From the NCBI GenBank assembly GCA_964035545.1, contig OZ037771.1:1995628-2059627 (forward strand): a DNA stretch of 64,000 nucleotides, given 5' to 3'. The translations under genes and the position numbers were made by a program. The notes below the pieces were generated by a model. That model made no database searches, had not been told where the DNA came from, and saw nothing but the letters and a program-made list of their open reading frames with translations. Positions 31,240 to 54,720 of this stretch are shown here, piece by piece. Each line of letters starts with the position of its first letter. Within the stretch, counting starts at the first letter, position 1. Origin of the DNA: Bugula neritina. Its lineage: Eukaryota > Animalia > Bryozoa.

Positions 31240-34200
31240 TTGTCTGAACTAGTACCTACTAAGCGCTTTCCTTAAAATAGACTCCTGGTTGTTGCTTTTC
31301 CAACATCGCATCACATGCTGAAAAGCTCTACAATATATAGTTTGTATATTAAACATTAAATAAATTTTATGCTTTTAAAACTGAATATATATCTGTGAGG
31401 AGGTGTTAATGATGCTGAGACCAATTGTCTAGCGTTTTGACATGGGCAGATTACTCTTACTTATACACAAGTGCCAGTTATCCTTCCGATGAGCATACAT
31501 AGTGGATCTGTGTAATATCATTATAATTTCATCAGAAAGACTGGAACCAAAATAACCTTTACGATGAATTGGCTGTCAGACTTTAGAAATTCTTCCAAGA
31601 GAATATTTACTGTATCAACAAAGTGCCAAGAATAGTGTTTAGTTGCTCTGGTTTGTTGAATGTTACGCAATGTCACATCCTGAATGCAGTTATGGATTAA
31701 CAAACACATCAAGGACACTCCCACTTTAGACAATATTTGCTTACTGTGGATTTTTCATACATGCTAAAATATACTTCAAATCCGAACCAGCATATTGACT
31801 TGTGCACTAACCACTTCAGCTAAAAGGGTTACAGTTTCACATTTTGCATGTGAAGCTGTAACACTAGTCCCATTATCTGCTGGCTTGTTTCTCTTCCTAT
31901 TGGTCAATCCTGTCAACAGCTACTAAAATAATGATATATAACTTTTATCAATTTCTGTCCATATGCAGGTAGTTTATGCATGCAGGTTATATAAATAGCT
32001 GCTAATAATTATATCACAATTTGTTATATTGTACCATGATTATAAACACTCCCATATAATTTGTTGCTCCAAACCCAGTTTATGTCAATATGAATGTAGA
32101 GTATTGGCCATTGAATTTATAAAAAATCTTTTGTTGATTTAATCGAACAAAAAACCTTACAAAGTTTAAGAAAGTCAATGTTGAAAAATCAAAATTCTAT
32201 AATTCTAGCATAAAAAGTACCAGCATTTGTCTCGAAAAGTCACAAGTCAGCTAGTAGAAGTACTCTGAACTTGAGAATTTTTTAATAAATCTTCCTGAAC
32301 AAGAGAGCCAGCATATTTGGTGCTATTACTCACACAACTACCTAAACTCTTTCATAACCTCTACAATCATTATTTCATTCAAGAAACTTTTGCTCTGTCC
32401 CAGTTTACTGCCCATGTTTAACAAAACTGGATCTGGCCAGTTACAAGGGCACCCTACCAGCTCCATCATATTATTATGAAAACATAAAAAAACCTGTTTT
32501 GTCACTTTCTCTGCTACTTTGATTTGACTGTTTTAGTTTTTTAGCCAGTTAGCAGGCAACTGTTGCTCAAAAGTTTCCTATAAATACATGGTCTGGTAGA
32601 GAATTTGCTACATATTGCTCTTATAATATAGTGTAGCAGCCATATTAAATGGAATTGATAATTAGTTATGATTTTTTTACTGTCACCTGACAGTTGAGAT
32701 CTAACATGTATGAGACATGCAGAATATATGCTTTTATGAGACAAAAAGAAGCAAACATAAAAAAACACATTTAATGACAAACTTGTTGATTGAATAAACA
32801 TGGCTAAAAATTCGGTTAAACCTGTATTAACAAAGAAAATAAACAACCAGGTTTTGGCACTGAGAGGCTGTTTTTGCTATTGGAAGCCGAAGGGGAACCC
32901 CCTAGCTTCAAATTATGATGTGGCATGATTGATAGCCCAGGCTTATTCAATTAAGCCATGATAATAGCCTTACCACATCGTCTGGAACAAATACCAAAGC
33001 ATGCATTGAACATTATTTTAATAGATCAGTATTGAAAGTTTCTGTTAAATAAAAACTGGGCAACATTCATATAGTTTCACACATGAAACTTAAAAAATTC
33101 CTTTTAGTTTATCAATATCATGTAAACTGCTGTTTTTTTAAAGTAAACACGTAAATAGTTTTAAAAAGTACTTTCACTGCATAGTTTCTTATGTATTAAG
33201 GCTATGAAACTTTACAGCTTTGTTTTGCATTACACATACTAGTACCGTAACATAATTTACATGAAAATGTGAGTTATTTGTGAAAAGTGAAAATGAATGT
33301 GTTGATTACCATTAATATGATTTTTCTCATTTTCACACACTGAGTTGAGCAACGACCTGCATGGAACAAAATAGCATGCGAATCATGTTCAAAATATGTG
33401 AAAAAAGTGTTTAATATTATACGTTAACTACTTTACTTAAATTCAGTAGTCCATAAATCCACAGAGTTGAAGAGGTCACAAGTAATTTATTTACAGATAA
33501 GACTACAGAGAACAGATAGCTTGACACAGTCAACTAAATGGTAAATAAAAGCAAAACATGATAAACTAGAACTTTGTCATACATTGCTCTTGATTTTATG
33601 AATCTATAAAAATAAAAATATCACATAATATTTTGTAGCCAAAATTCTCAAAATTTTGAAATTGAAACATTTTAAATTCCAATGTAGTAAGTTAATAGTA
33701 GCAGGCCTACCTCAGTTGTCTAAACTGTAGTAGAAATGTTTTCTTACGTTCAGTGAGGTGATATTTTAGACATGTGACAATGAGCTTGATATTCTGTAAG
33801 TCCAGTTTGTTTTTTTAAAAACACAATGCTTACTATTACTACAACTCATACTAAACATTGCTTTAACAAATCACTCAGAGTAAATCATCCTCAAAGGGTT
33901 TGTTACTTATGACTAGAGCTGAGTTGAGACCATTTCTAACATTCAATTCACACCAGCTGCATTATTTCTGATTAATTGATTGAAAAATGGAGCAACTTTT
34001 TAAAGGCATTTTATTGGCTATTTTTGCCCATACTTTATATGGTAATTGTCCACCAACAGAAGCACTATAGCTAGCAACAAGTGGTTCTTTCTTTTACTGT
34101 CCTTTGTCTGTTAGCTATATCTATAAAATATTCCAATTGATACCATATTCTCCTCCCCCCCATCTTCTTTCTATCTCTGCTGTCATCTTTACCAATCTAT

Positions 34201-35390
34201 TTCAACTTATACAGGCATTTGGCACCTCTCCAATATTACCGTAAATATTATATGTGACCTGGCACCACAAAACAAGGGATGTATATAAAGTGTTGAAAAC
34301 CTAGTTATTACTATGGAGTGATAGAGCAGACTTTTTCAAACATTTTGCACTTTATTTGAAGTCTCTAGCATAAATAGAACTCGAGATATCAGTATTTATA
34401 AACTTTAACGTTTTTAGAATTTCTAAATTACTGTTTCGAGAAAATAGCGTTTAAAGTTGGCAACTCTAGAATAAGTTGAGAATTATTTGTTTACAATTTA
34501 CAAGCCTTAGCAACGGGTCTTTGTATAATAGGAATAGTGACAAATTTGGTATCAAAATAATTGTGAAAGTTTGGGCTTTCTGTTAAATTTAATTTTATGC
34601 TGCCTCAACATAAAATTAGGTCAAATATGGCCGCCAAACTTTTTGTCAAATTTATTTATCAATTTGCTTTTTACTTTGTGTAATGATTGAAAGGTTCAAC
34701 AATTCCAGCAAAGAAGAGGATGTTTCAGCAAATTTGTGTGTTGAGATATTTAAATTAGGCATCCAAGTCAGCAGGAAGTCATATAAAACAAAATGGCAGC
34801 TGCTTCCTGTTATACATTGAATATCTTCCTCTCCTCTAATATATTGTGTAATATATCAAACTGCAGCTATTGAGCTATGCTGTTTCATAGTTATTGCTTA
34901 ATGAGTAGAACACTTATGAGAAAATCATTTGACTATTATGAGATCATTCGAGATTCATTCATAAATATCTTTATAATCTCTAACGGCAACTAAACTTAGC
35001 AATTGATGTTGAAAATATAAACATAAAATCAGCTATTAGAACTTTTGAGTTTTATTAGGCATTAATATTCACATTTAAAACATCAAATACATTATTTTAA
35101 AAAAATAATTGAATGCAGTAACAAATCCAGCCTGGATACAATCATTATGCTTGAATTAACTCTAATCAAGAAAAGAAAGTTAGGTAGCTTCTACGGTTTT
35201 TGCAAAAAAAGGCACTTTTCATCTTTCTACTTCCTTGGTCTTCATAATATGAGTTTACGAAGTATGGACACATAACATCATGTATGTGGCAAAAGCTTCA
35301 TCACTATCATCAGCTGATTTTCTAGCAATTATAAATGCTGCTACTTGACATCTATTCTGCCAATCTACCCATCTATTGTCTATTCCAGAG
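31240..35390 (-). pseudogene. Decayed DNA-transposase-like sequence (Academ-like), partly with exon-like boundaries
   Basis: Short stop- and frameshift-interrupted peptides appear in colinear order on the - strand: NIKLIVTCLKYHL (33711-33793), ALVFVPDDVVRLLSWLN (32950-33000), HYSWHFVDTVNILLEEF (~31590-31640) and MYAHRKDNWHLCIS (31460-31500). By eye they resemble Academ transposase motifs (..IPDSL..FLSWL, ..RGHFLV..AL..LL, ..AER.GNW.LHL). No intact ORF. Confidence 0.3.
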
Positions 35391-37668
35391 CTGCAAGTAC
35401 AATGTTGACTTTTTTAAATAACAAAAGAAAACGGTAGTTTGATTAGAAATTATACGCAGTTATATTATAAAAATTTATTTGGTTAAACACTCTTGTGGTA
35501 CTATTATGGCAGCAGTTAATTGTCATCCTGCATTTTATCAACATTTAAATGTATTGAATTAAACAGAACAATTTAAATTAAAAAAATTGTTCAAAATTTT
35601 TAAGCACATCATTAAAAGACTGCAAACCTTTTTATGAATGAAATAAGCAGAAGCCATAACCTTGCAAGCCAAAATTCAGAGTGTCTACATTAGGAGTGTT
35701 AGATTGATAGGTAGTAGAGTTGTGTAGGTATAAGTCTTCACTCTAATGCTCTCACAAGCCCACTTTCTAAAATGTACAGAATATCATATTATTCTACATT
35801 AACATAGTATTATCAGTAAAATTACACATTATGCACTTGAATATCTAGCATATCTGCAATTGACAATTTTGAAGCAATGTCTTTCGATAACTATTAACCA
35901 CTCAGGCATTTAATTGAGTAAAAAAGCTAGCTAAATGCAACTGAATATATTAAAGACATTTACTATAAAATCAATTTGAATTCAATAAATTACTTTAAAA
36001 TATGAATAAACTTTTGCTCATCCTTTATAATAAAATTAAAAAGTTTAGACTATTTATGCATTCAGTTAGTGTTACTACTCACTAAATAAGACTAAAAGTA
36101 ACTTACTGAAGAACTAAGTCAGTCAACTATAGAACCAATATGAACTCGCATTAATATTTCATCATTATACTCATTTACATTTAATCACATTTACCATTTC
36201 AATTTGGTTATAGGTGATGCTTTTATCAATATAAATAGGATTACCAATTGAGTTTTGACAGTAACTGTAAGCCTGCATAATGTGATAAAGATTTTATCAT
36301 TATATTTTAAATCAAACTTTGAGCTAATTTGAAAATCACAAAAGGAAACGGTAGTTTGACTAGTAGGCCTAACGTTAATACTAATAGTAATAGTAATACT
36401 AATAGTAATCAGTAACTGTATTCACAAAATCTAAGACAGAGGCTAAAAGTTACTAAGAATAAGTCCAATGTAAATTTAAATATCAACTATAGAATAAATC
36501 AATAAATATAATACTATCAATGTAAGTATCAAGTTTTAAGACCGAAGGCGAAACTCAGAGTCAGACTCAAATAGTGAATTTATAATTATTAATTATTACT
36601 TATAGTTATACTATTAATATTAATCAATTTAATGAGCTACATTTGGTTTTACTGCCAAATACCAGTATCAGTAAATCATGAATAATATTCATCATGATTA
36701 TCATTATGAGTAACCGTAACTCAAACTGTGAGTCATAGTGAGAGTCATTTAAATAGTTACTAGTACTGTAGTAGTAGTATAAGTATAGAATAACAATAGA
36801 CATACTCCTACTCCTAGGGCTAGTGATAGTAAGAATATTAATAAATTGATAACTACAAATAATCCTGGCAACAATGCTAAGTTAATAGCGTAAAGGATGG
36901 TTTTAAGTATAATTACCTGTATTGTTGTGATTTTCAAGCTTGAACGCTAAAGATAAAGATTAAGTTTAGCATTTATCACCAAAGGGCAAAACAGCTCAGT
37001 AACTTAAAAGCTAACTTTGGATGGAGCACGATGAAAAACTAAAACTAGCCTGCGATTTTAAATACGATGCTTCTGACAATGCGAAGAAAGACGTGTAAGC
37101 CAAACTCATTTGATAAAAAAATAAATTTGCAAGATCTCACGCTATGAAAATGACTAAAATTGTCTTCTTTCTTTATTTGATAACTTCGCAATTTTTTCAT
37201 CATTTAAAAATTGAATGCCTTAGTTACCAAATTTAAATGCAATTTTGAAGCTGAAGGAATCATCAAATGCTTACGAAAGTATGATTTTTGAAATCCTTAG
37301 ATTTTTTTGTATTAGAAAAGTTCAAAACCTAAAAACTGGAAATTAATTTCAAATTTAAGTATATCCAAATTAAACCTTCATTTACTACACTTTATAAACG
37401 CCGCCACATCCCCGGTTTTGTCGCGACTGGTCACATATTTGTGCTTTGGTTGAAGCCAAGTGCATATTATGTTTGACTAACATAGAGGACTTTGGTGTGG
37501 TATTATAAGCCACTGCTAGTATATAGAAACCCAGTTATCACCTTCTCCAGTAACTGGTTACCCTGACACCCTGCTAAGCATTTTTTAAGTGTAGGTGTCA
37601 ATAATTGTTTCCACATTAAGAACTTCTCATATCTTCTTCAAGTAGTCTCTCATAAATACAGTATGAAA

Positions 37669-38569
<901 letters not shown>

Positions 38570-38832
38570 GTGTGTGTGCGTGTGTATGTATATGTATGTA
38601 TAATATATAGGTATGTATATGTATATGCGTTTGTGCATGTGTACGTGCATGTGCATGTACATGTACACATGCAGGCCCATGTTCATGTGCATGTGTATTT
38701 GTATGTAAATGTGCATGTACATATGCCTGTATACGTGCAGGTACATGTAAATGTGTATGTACATATGTATGTGTACATGTGTGTTTATGTACATGTACAT
38801 GTGTATGTGTGTGCTCGCGTGTGTGTATGTGT
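38570..38832. repeat. Degenerate (TG)/(ATGTAC) low-complexity repeat
   Basis: Alternating purine-pyrimidine tract of atgtac/atgtgc/gtgt variants. Confidence 0.85.
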
Positions 38833-39435
38833 GTTGTTTGTAAAGCAGGATCTCGCAACTGACCCACTTTGTCCTAACAGTAGCTCAAAAGCGAAGCATG
38901 GTGTTCAACTTCATCACAATGCATCAAAGACTCTGATTGGTCAACTGGTGTTGTTAAACTGGAATTTATTTGCAATTGGTGCCATACAAGCATGCAAAGT
39001 TTTATTCGGAGTATTTAGCCGCTGCGACCACAGGTTGAACACGTGTAGCAAATTCATAAAAAATATAGTCTGCACTTTGCATCTATTTTTCAGTAGTTGC
39101 AAATGTTTACCATTTTATAGTTAAGTATTTGGAGTTCCAAGGCTAAACTGACCAGAGTCATGTTATAAGTTATGCCTGTTAGCCGTTACAAGTTTGCCAG
39201 ACCATATTCAGAAGTCAGTCGAGCGAATAGTTTTTCAGTAGAGGCATCAAAAACTCAATCACCCAATCGTTTTCAACACTAGTATAAAATAAAACTCGGA
39301 AATGCAAAGTTGAAAAACTCTTGGCGTTGAAAAACTTTGGCGACCTAACTTTACGAAATCTGCGCTTCCCCCCTCCGCAGAGTTCGTAGACTTAAAACCA
39401 GTAACATGGCATGTTAAAAAAAGCAAGGCAACTAA

Positions 39436-39500
39436 CCAATACGATAGCTGGATATAAAAGAGACACGCCCACTGTAGCTTATTGTCGACTGCTCATTTCT
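39436..39500 (+). promoter_or_regulatory. Putative core promoter of the zinc-finger gene (CCAAT + TATA box)
   Basis: CCAAT at 39436-39440 and TATAAAAG at 39453-39460 lie ~130 nt upstream of the ATG at 39587. An in-frame TAA precedes that ATG. Confidence 0.5.
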
Positions 39501-39586
39501 ACACATACAGCTCGTACACCAGACTAGTATAAGCGGCCACTGGGCATGTGCATTTATCGACAAAGTCTTCTAGGACAAACCAGAGA

Positions 39587-49413
<9,827 letters not shown>

Positions 49414-50439
49414 ACCCTAATGTTTTAAACTGATGTTAAACATCCTTGATTCTGTAAGAAACTACTTTTACCGGTGAAGAAATATTATTGTAATTGTTTT
49501 TACATACGAATGTCTTAGTCTCTCAAGGTAATCTCATTATAGTATGTTAGTCTACATATGGGTTATTATAAGCTTTATATTTTCTTATCTTATTCAAATA
49601 TACATGCAGTGGAAGATATTTTAATTGGAAATAAGTCGACTAAAAGTTATTTGACACATTTCATCAAGCAATGACACAGTCCCTGTCATGATGGATTTTA
49701 ACTGTGCATAAACATAATTGTTCAATAATTACACTTTTGCAAAAAACTAAAAATATATAATCTATGAGCTGGAAATGAAGTTAATCGGCTTTTTACACTT
49801 GGGTCAGGTCAATTGTAAACTGCTTCATCCATTTTATATCTTTATCAAAACATGTCTGTCTGTAAGAAAATAAATCACGATAGATAGATATAAATCTTAA
49901 ATATTTACGCACACATATTTATACATCATTTAATTTTTTCAGAGCAAAGCATTTGAAACAAAACAATGGAAATACAACTCTAAATTCAAATCACACGAAG
50001 CTCATAACAATATTAATTTTTTTGAAGAAATTTGCAGCTTTCTCAATTATCAACTTTAAGACTATGAGCAATCTATACCATTACAACTTCTAGCATAATG
50101 CTGTAGTGCTAGAAACTTCACTTGAATATTAATCATTGGCCAAAATTAGATTGTATAAAGTAAAAAATATTTTCAAAGGTTATCATAAATATATCTTTAA
50201 CTTTATATCTCTAACTACCTTTAACTGGTCTATTATATCTATTATTTTACAATTGTCTTAGAGAGAGGCATCTTGTTTTGTCAATTATTAATAGATATGT
50301 GTTTAGTAATTAATAAATGTATATATAATAGAACATGCAGTATAGGCATGTACAAATGAACTATGACACTGTATTTGGTTCACAATAATATAGGTTATGT
50401 AAACATTCCAAGGTGTTACTTGGCTATATAAAATAATTT

Positions 50440-50630
50440 ATAGTAACTAGTGTGAGATCGTTCTAATGAAAAGGGTTTTTTAAAGCTGGCTAAGGACTTA
50501 TTCAGATGAGACACAGAAGCAATTGCGGCTGGTTGCTCTTCCTAACATCACCAATGGCCTTTGCTGGGGATCGAACTTCTGGTTCTTTAAGCCAGCCAGT
50601 GCTCTGACTATTTGTTGGCTACATCATGCT
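50440..50630 (-). mobile_element. tRNA-derived SINE, diverged copy of the same family
   Basis: Aligns by eye with 59145-59343: gaaaagggttttttaaagctggctaaggacttatt...gcaattgcggctggttgctcttcctaacatcaccaatggcctttg...gatcgaac. Confidence 0.8.
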
Positions 50631-53600
50631 GAAAAAATATTGTTGTTAGCAAAAACATTCTATTATGTTGGCATCTATCTTGATACATTACCTTTTGAAC
50701 AACCTCTTATGATAAATTTGATTAGAGAAAGGTGACATGCCAAAATTCTTCATCATGACGTCATAGAGTCACCGCTCAAGGCAACCATATGGCACAGGGT
50801 TGTTTTTCAGAAAGGTAGCAAAAGATCCATCAATTTTTTTCTCCTTAGAATGTCTGGGATGTCAAAGCTTCCGAAACTTTGGCACAGAAGCCCACCAAAA
50901 ACAATGAGTAACAAAGTTCAAAAGTTCTCAACATTTTTATGATTGAAGATTCTATAGTTAAAAACGTGTCATTGAATTTGGCTTTCATTCAACTGATCAC
51001 CTATTTACACTGCTATTAATAGCTAACATGGATGTTTACTAAGATTGATAACAGTTGCTTTAGACTATTAAATCTTTTGCCAATAATGAAAAAAATGACT
51101 GTTGAATGCGAGTGAATTTACATGATTAACATAAGTTTTAACCAGATTTTAAAGTTTAAGCGTTTTTTTAGTAACTGATAATTTTTGCCGGAAAACTTGC
51201 AAATAATGCACTATCTTGGAAACATTCGGCATCTGTTCTCCCTTTACCTTTACTTCCATATCCTTTCTATTCAATTATCTTTTAAAGCAGAGAGACTCAC
51301 ATGCAATTTACATGTAAATTGAAAGTAATAAAAGAATCTAGTCTTAGTTTTTAAACTGTAAATCCCTAACAATCATTCCTTTACTCAAATTATTAACCTT
51401 ATCATTTGTGTATCTGCAATTTTGTTTTTAAACTTTTGATGGGTGTTGAAAAACTAAACTGGCAACAACGGAGTATTGGTTAAAACCAAACCTATAATCA
51501 GCCCACTAAATCAATCAAAGCATTCTTAGAAATAAATTAGGTTATCACTGCTGTAGTTATAGCTTCTATTTTGTTTCTTGACCTGCTATAGATGCATGAT
51601 TATCATATAGATTGACGTTCACCTTTGAGTGGTTTATAAATTAGTTTCTTCATTCTTGCAAAGTCTGTTTCGAATCTATTAGTCTAATCACTTCATATTA
51701 TTTTAATGCAAGTTATAAAAAGAAAAAGTTACAGTTCAGTTGTCAATTTAATGCAGAATTTTGTGATATATATAACTTTATTTTCAAGTAAGCTCTTTTG
51801 TTGATCCATGCATTCATTTCATTTAACATCAGGAAATTTATACAGCCAATAGCTTGAATTCCTAGCAATGATCAACCTGTTTTATTGCAAAAAGCCATCG
51901 CTAAATATATTGTCGGAGCATTATTTAAGATAATACATACGTACGATATATGGGGAGCTGTATGCATTAGAACAGCTGTATATAAGAGTTGTCACTGTTT
52001 TCTGGGGCAGACAATTTGTAGTCAAATAGTTATGCAAAAGCTAATAAAGAAGACCTTTAATAAGGTGATTTACAATTACTGCAGTAAGCTTTGTCCAAAG
52101 TCAGATGCTTTGAAAATAAGAAGCTGGGAGGCAAATGTTGAATTTTCCTTTAACCAGTTACGACTTGTCTGATACAAACTGCTCTCATGTGTAAATTTTG
52201 TTCTATGAGGCGAAATATTATTTCGAAATTAATTACTTAAAGCTGTTACATTTCCTGTATTATTTTAGAGACTTAGTAAGCTACAGACAGTCTTAGACAT
52301 ATAGCGGTCTAGAGTTACACTAACTAGAGTCAAATACGCTCACCAACCAACTCACAAAACCTTCATCTCTGTTGTATTAAAGCAACTAAAATTTTTAAGA
52401 CCTCAAATCTTTTGAAGGCAAACGATTTCCAAGCATAATTATTTCTCTTTCCTATATCCAATATGATAAGAGAAGGCAACTTCCGTATCACTAATAAATG
52501 GCGCTGCAGGAGTTGATAGTTGATATACTAAATATATAATATCCATACTTTTTTTATAGATATGCAACCCATGGTACCAATATTTTTCTAAGGTTGTCGC
52601 AATTCCTTGAAGCAATTATTTTGCTATTATCTCTGCGATTTTCAATAACATTGATCATATCACAATAATATATAGACTATCACATCCAATTAATATTCCA
52701 TTCCAAAAAATAGTACAGCCAGTTGTTATAGCAATGTTGATCCTTGGGCGTGATGACACCATAGACTATTATTTTTTGTAATCATTCAGTGATTCATCGA
52801 ATATAAATTTTGAGCTATACAAAACTTGTCCATCGAGCTTTGATATAACATGTTGAATATTCAAAAGTTGATAATATTTTCAAGAAAACATCAATTATTG
52901 CTATTTTCTGAAAATAACTTGCTTTGTTTAAGCAAGTGTATTGATAGCAAAAGGTGACACTAAGTTATACATTGTTCAAAATGCAGCTTTTTGATTTTAA
53001 AATGTTGTTTTAAAAATTCTTTCAACTTGATAGGATATATAAGTATGAGAATAAATTAATTTTTAAAGAAAAATTATAGTGATTAAAAATGAAATCTTTG
53101 CATTTATATTGAACATTTTATAGTTATTTGAAGTTGTTATCTTTAGTTACCTCAAAGTATAATATTATATTCATCACAATACATTTTGAATCAGATAAGA
53201 GAGAAGACAACTACACAACTACTCACAATTTGAAAAAAAATTAAATTGATAATGAGACAGTAGAGGCTTATGTTCTATAAGCAACATTGAAATAAAATTT
53301 TGGTATGAAACCGCAGCAAAAATATTATCTTAGAGTTGTGTTTGTAGTACATATCCTTTGCTTCTAGCAAATTGTTACTACTAGTGTTGTAGTGTAACAT
53401 AAAACTATCGGTAATATGTCATTATGACAGTGTACCACTCCAATTCCAAGTAATTTAATTATTATTAACTTTTATGGAAAATTTGTGTAATTATTTTTTT
53501 AAAAGTAAAGGTTGAGGTAAAAGTGACAGTGAAAGTAAAAATGATATTGTTTATTGCATGCAAAGCTTTATCTGTTTACATTCCTTATCCATTCTTATCA

Positions 53601-54534
53601 TATAGGCTAGTATGATTAAGCTAGGTGTAATGTTTTTGAAAAGTGAAGAAGATTGGTTGAATATCTGAGTCAATGAATTTGATTGGTTAATTCTAGAACT
53701 ATTTTTACTCATGTATCGAACATTGGTTAGCCAATCGGATTTGGCTATACCGAAGTTGCATGTGTAAGCTTTTAAACATGCATGCATCATGCCTACCTGT
53801 AAGCAAAGACCATTGGTGAATTAAAAATATCCTTTTACTGAGCTGGAAAACCCACTTTAAAAGGTTAACATCAGTGCACTAAACTATAAGTAATGATGAT
53901 TCTGTAGGTTTTTTTTAAGCAGGATAAACCTGTTTTTATTTACTCGTAGGAACCTATAAGAGGTTTTTAAATAGGTACAAAATAATTATGATTCGATGCT
54001 TTTCGGGCATTCTGAGGGGTCTGCCAGGATTTGAACTTACAACCTAGTGGTTAGGTCAGCGCTGTTTTCTTTTTGAGCAGCTAAAACATATTCAATAAAT
54101 AAAACAATCAATAAGAAATTGATAAAATAATTGTTTTACATTAATAAGATGTGAAGCTGAGCAACATAATTTCTTTCCAAAATGAAGCACTCTTACAGTC
54201 ATGAAAAAAAATTCCTTATGAATTTAAAGCTGTGATCTTTTTTTATTAATCTACTACTTGGAAACTTGCCTGTTTTAACATATAATTTAAACTATAACAG
54301 AAAAAATAAAATTTAAGCTTGCAAAGGTTATAAGCAGCTAAATTAATTCATTCAGTGTTACCTATACCTAAACACAACTATATAAACGGGTTTGACTATT
54401 AAAGATATAATTGCAGTAACTATAGATCAGACACAACTTTAATTACATTACGTATTAACAGAGCTCTGTTCTCTAAATATTACATGCGAGTGGAACCAAT
54501 AAATTTAAGCATTACTACGTGATATATATATATA

Positions 54535-54720
54535 TGGCTAGTTTACTGCTTCATAAACACAGGGTCATTGGTTTGAATCTTAGTTCAGGCCATTGGTTAT
54601 AATAATAGGAAAGGTATTCAGTTGTAATTGTTCCTGTGCCAACAATAGGAAACAAGTCTTCAACTTGATTTATTAAAACCCAATTTCTTTCAGGGATTCT
54701 TATGGGGTGGCAACTATTAA
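54535..54720 (+). mobile_element. tRNA-derived SINE, older copy of the same family
   Basis: taaacacagggtcattggtttgaatc..caggccattggtt..taggaaaggtattcagttgtaattgttcctgtgcc..caagtcttcaac..ttctttcagggattct matches the reverse complement of the 59.2-kb copy. It is inserted next to a short (TA)n. Confidence 0.7.

Noticed and set aside
34320-34790. Probable non-autonomous DNA-transposon remnant (similar-looking patches at ~40300-40850 and ~50730-50980)
   Set aside because: The composition is suggestive, but I could not define TIRs, TSDs or a second copy within the window.
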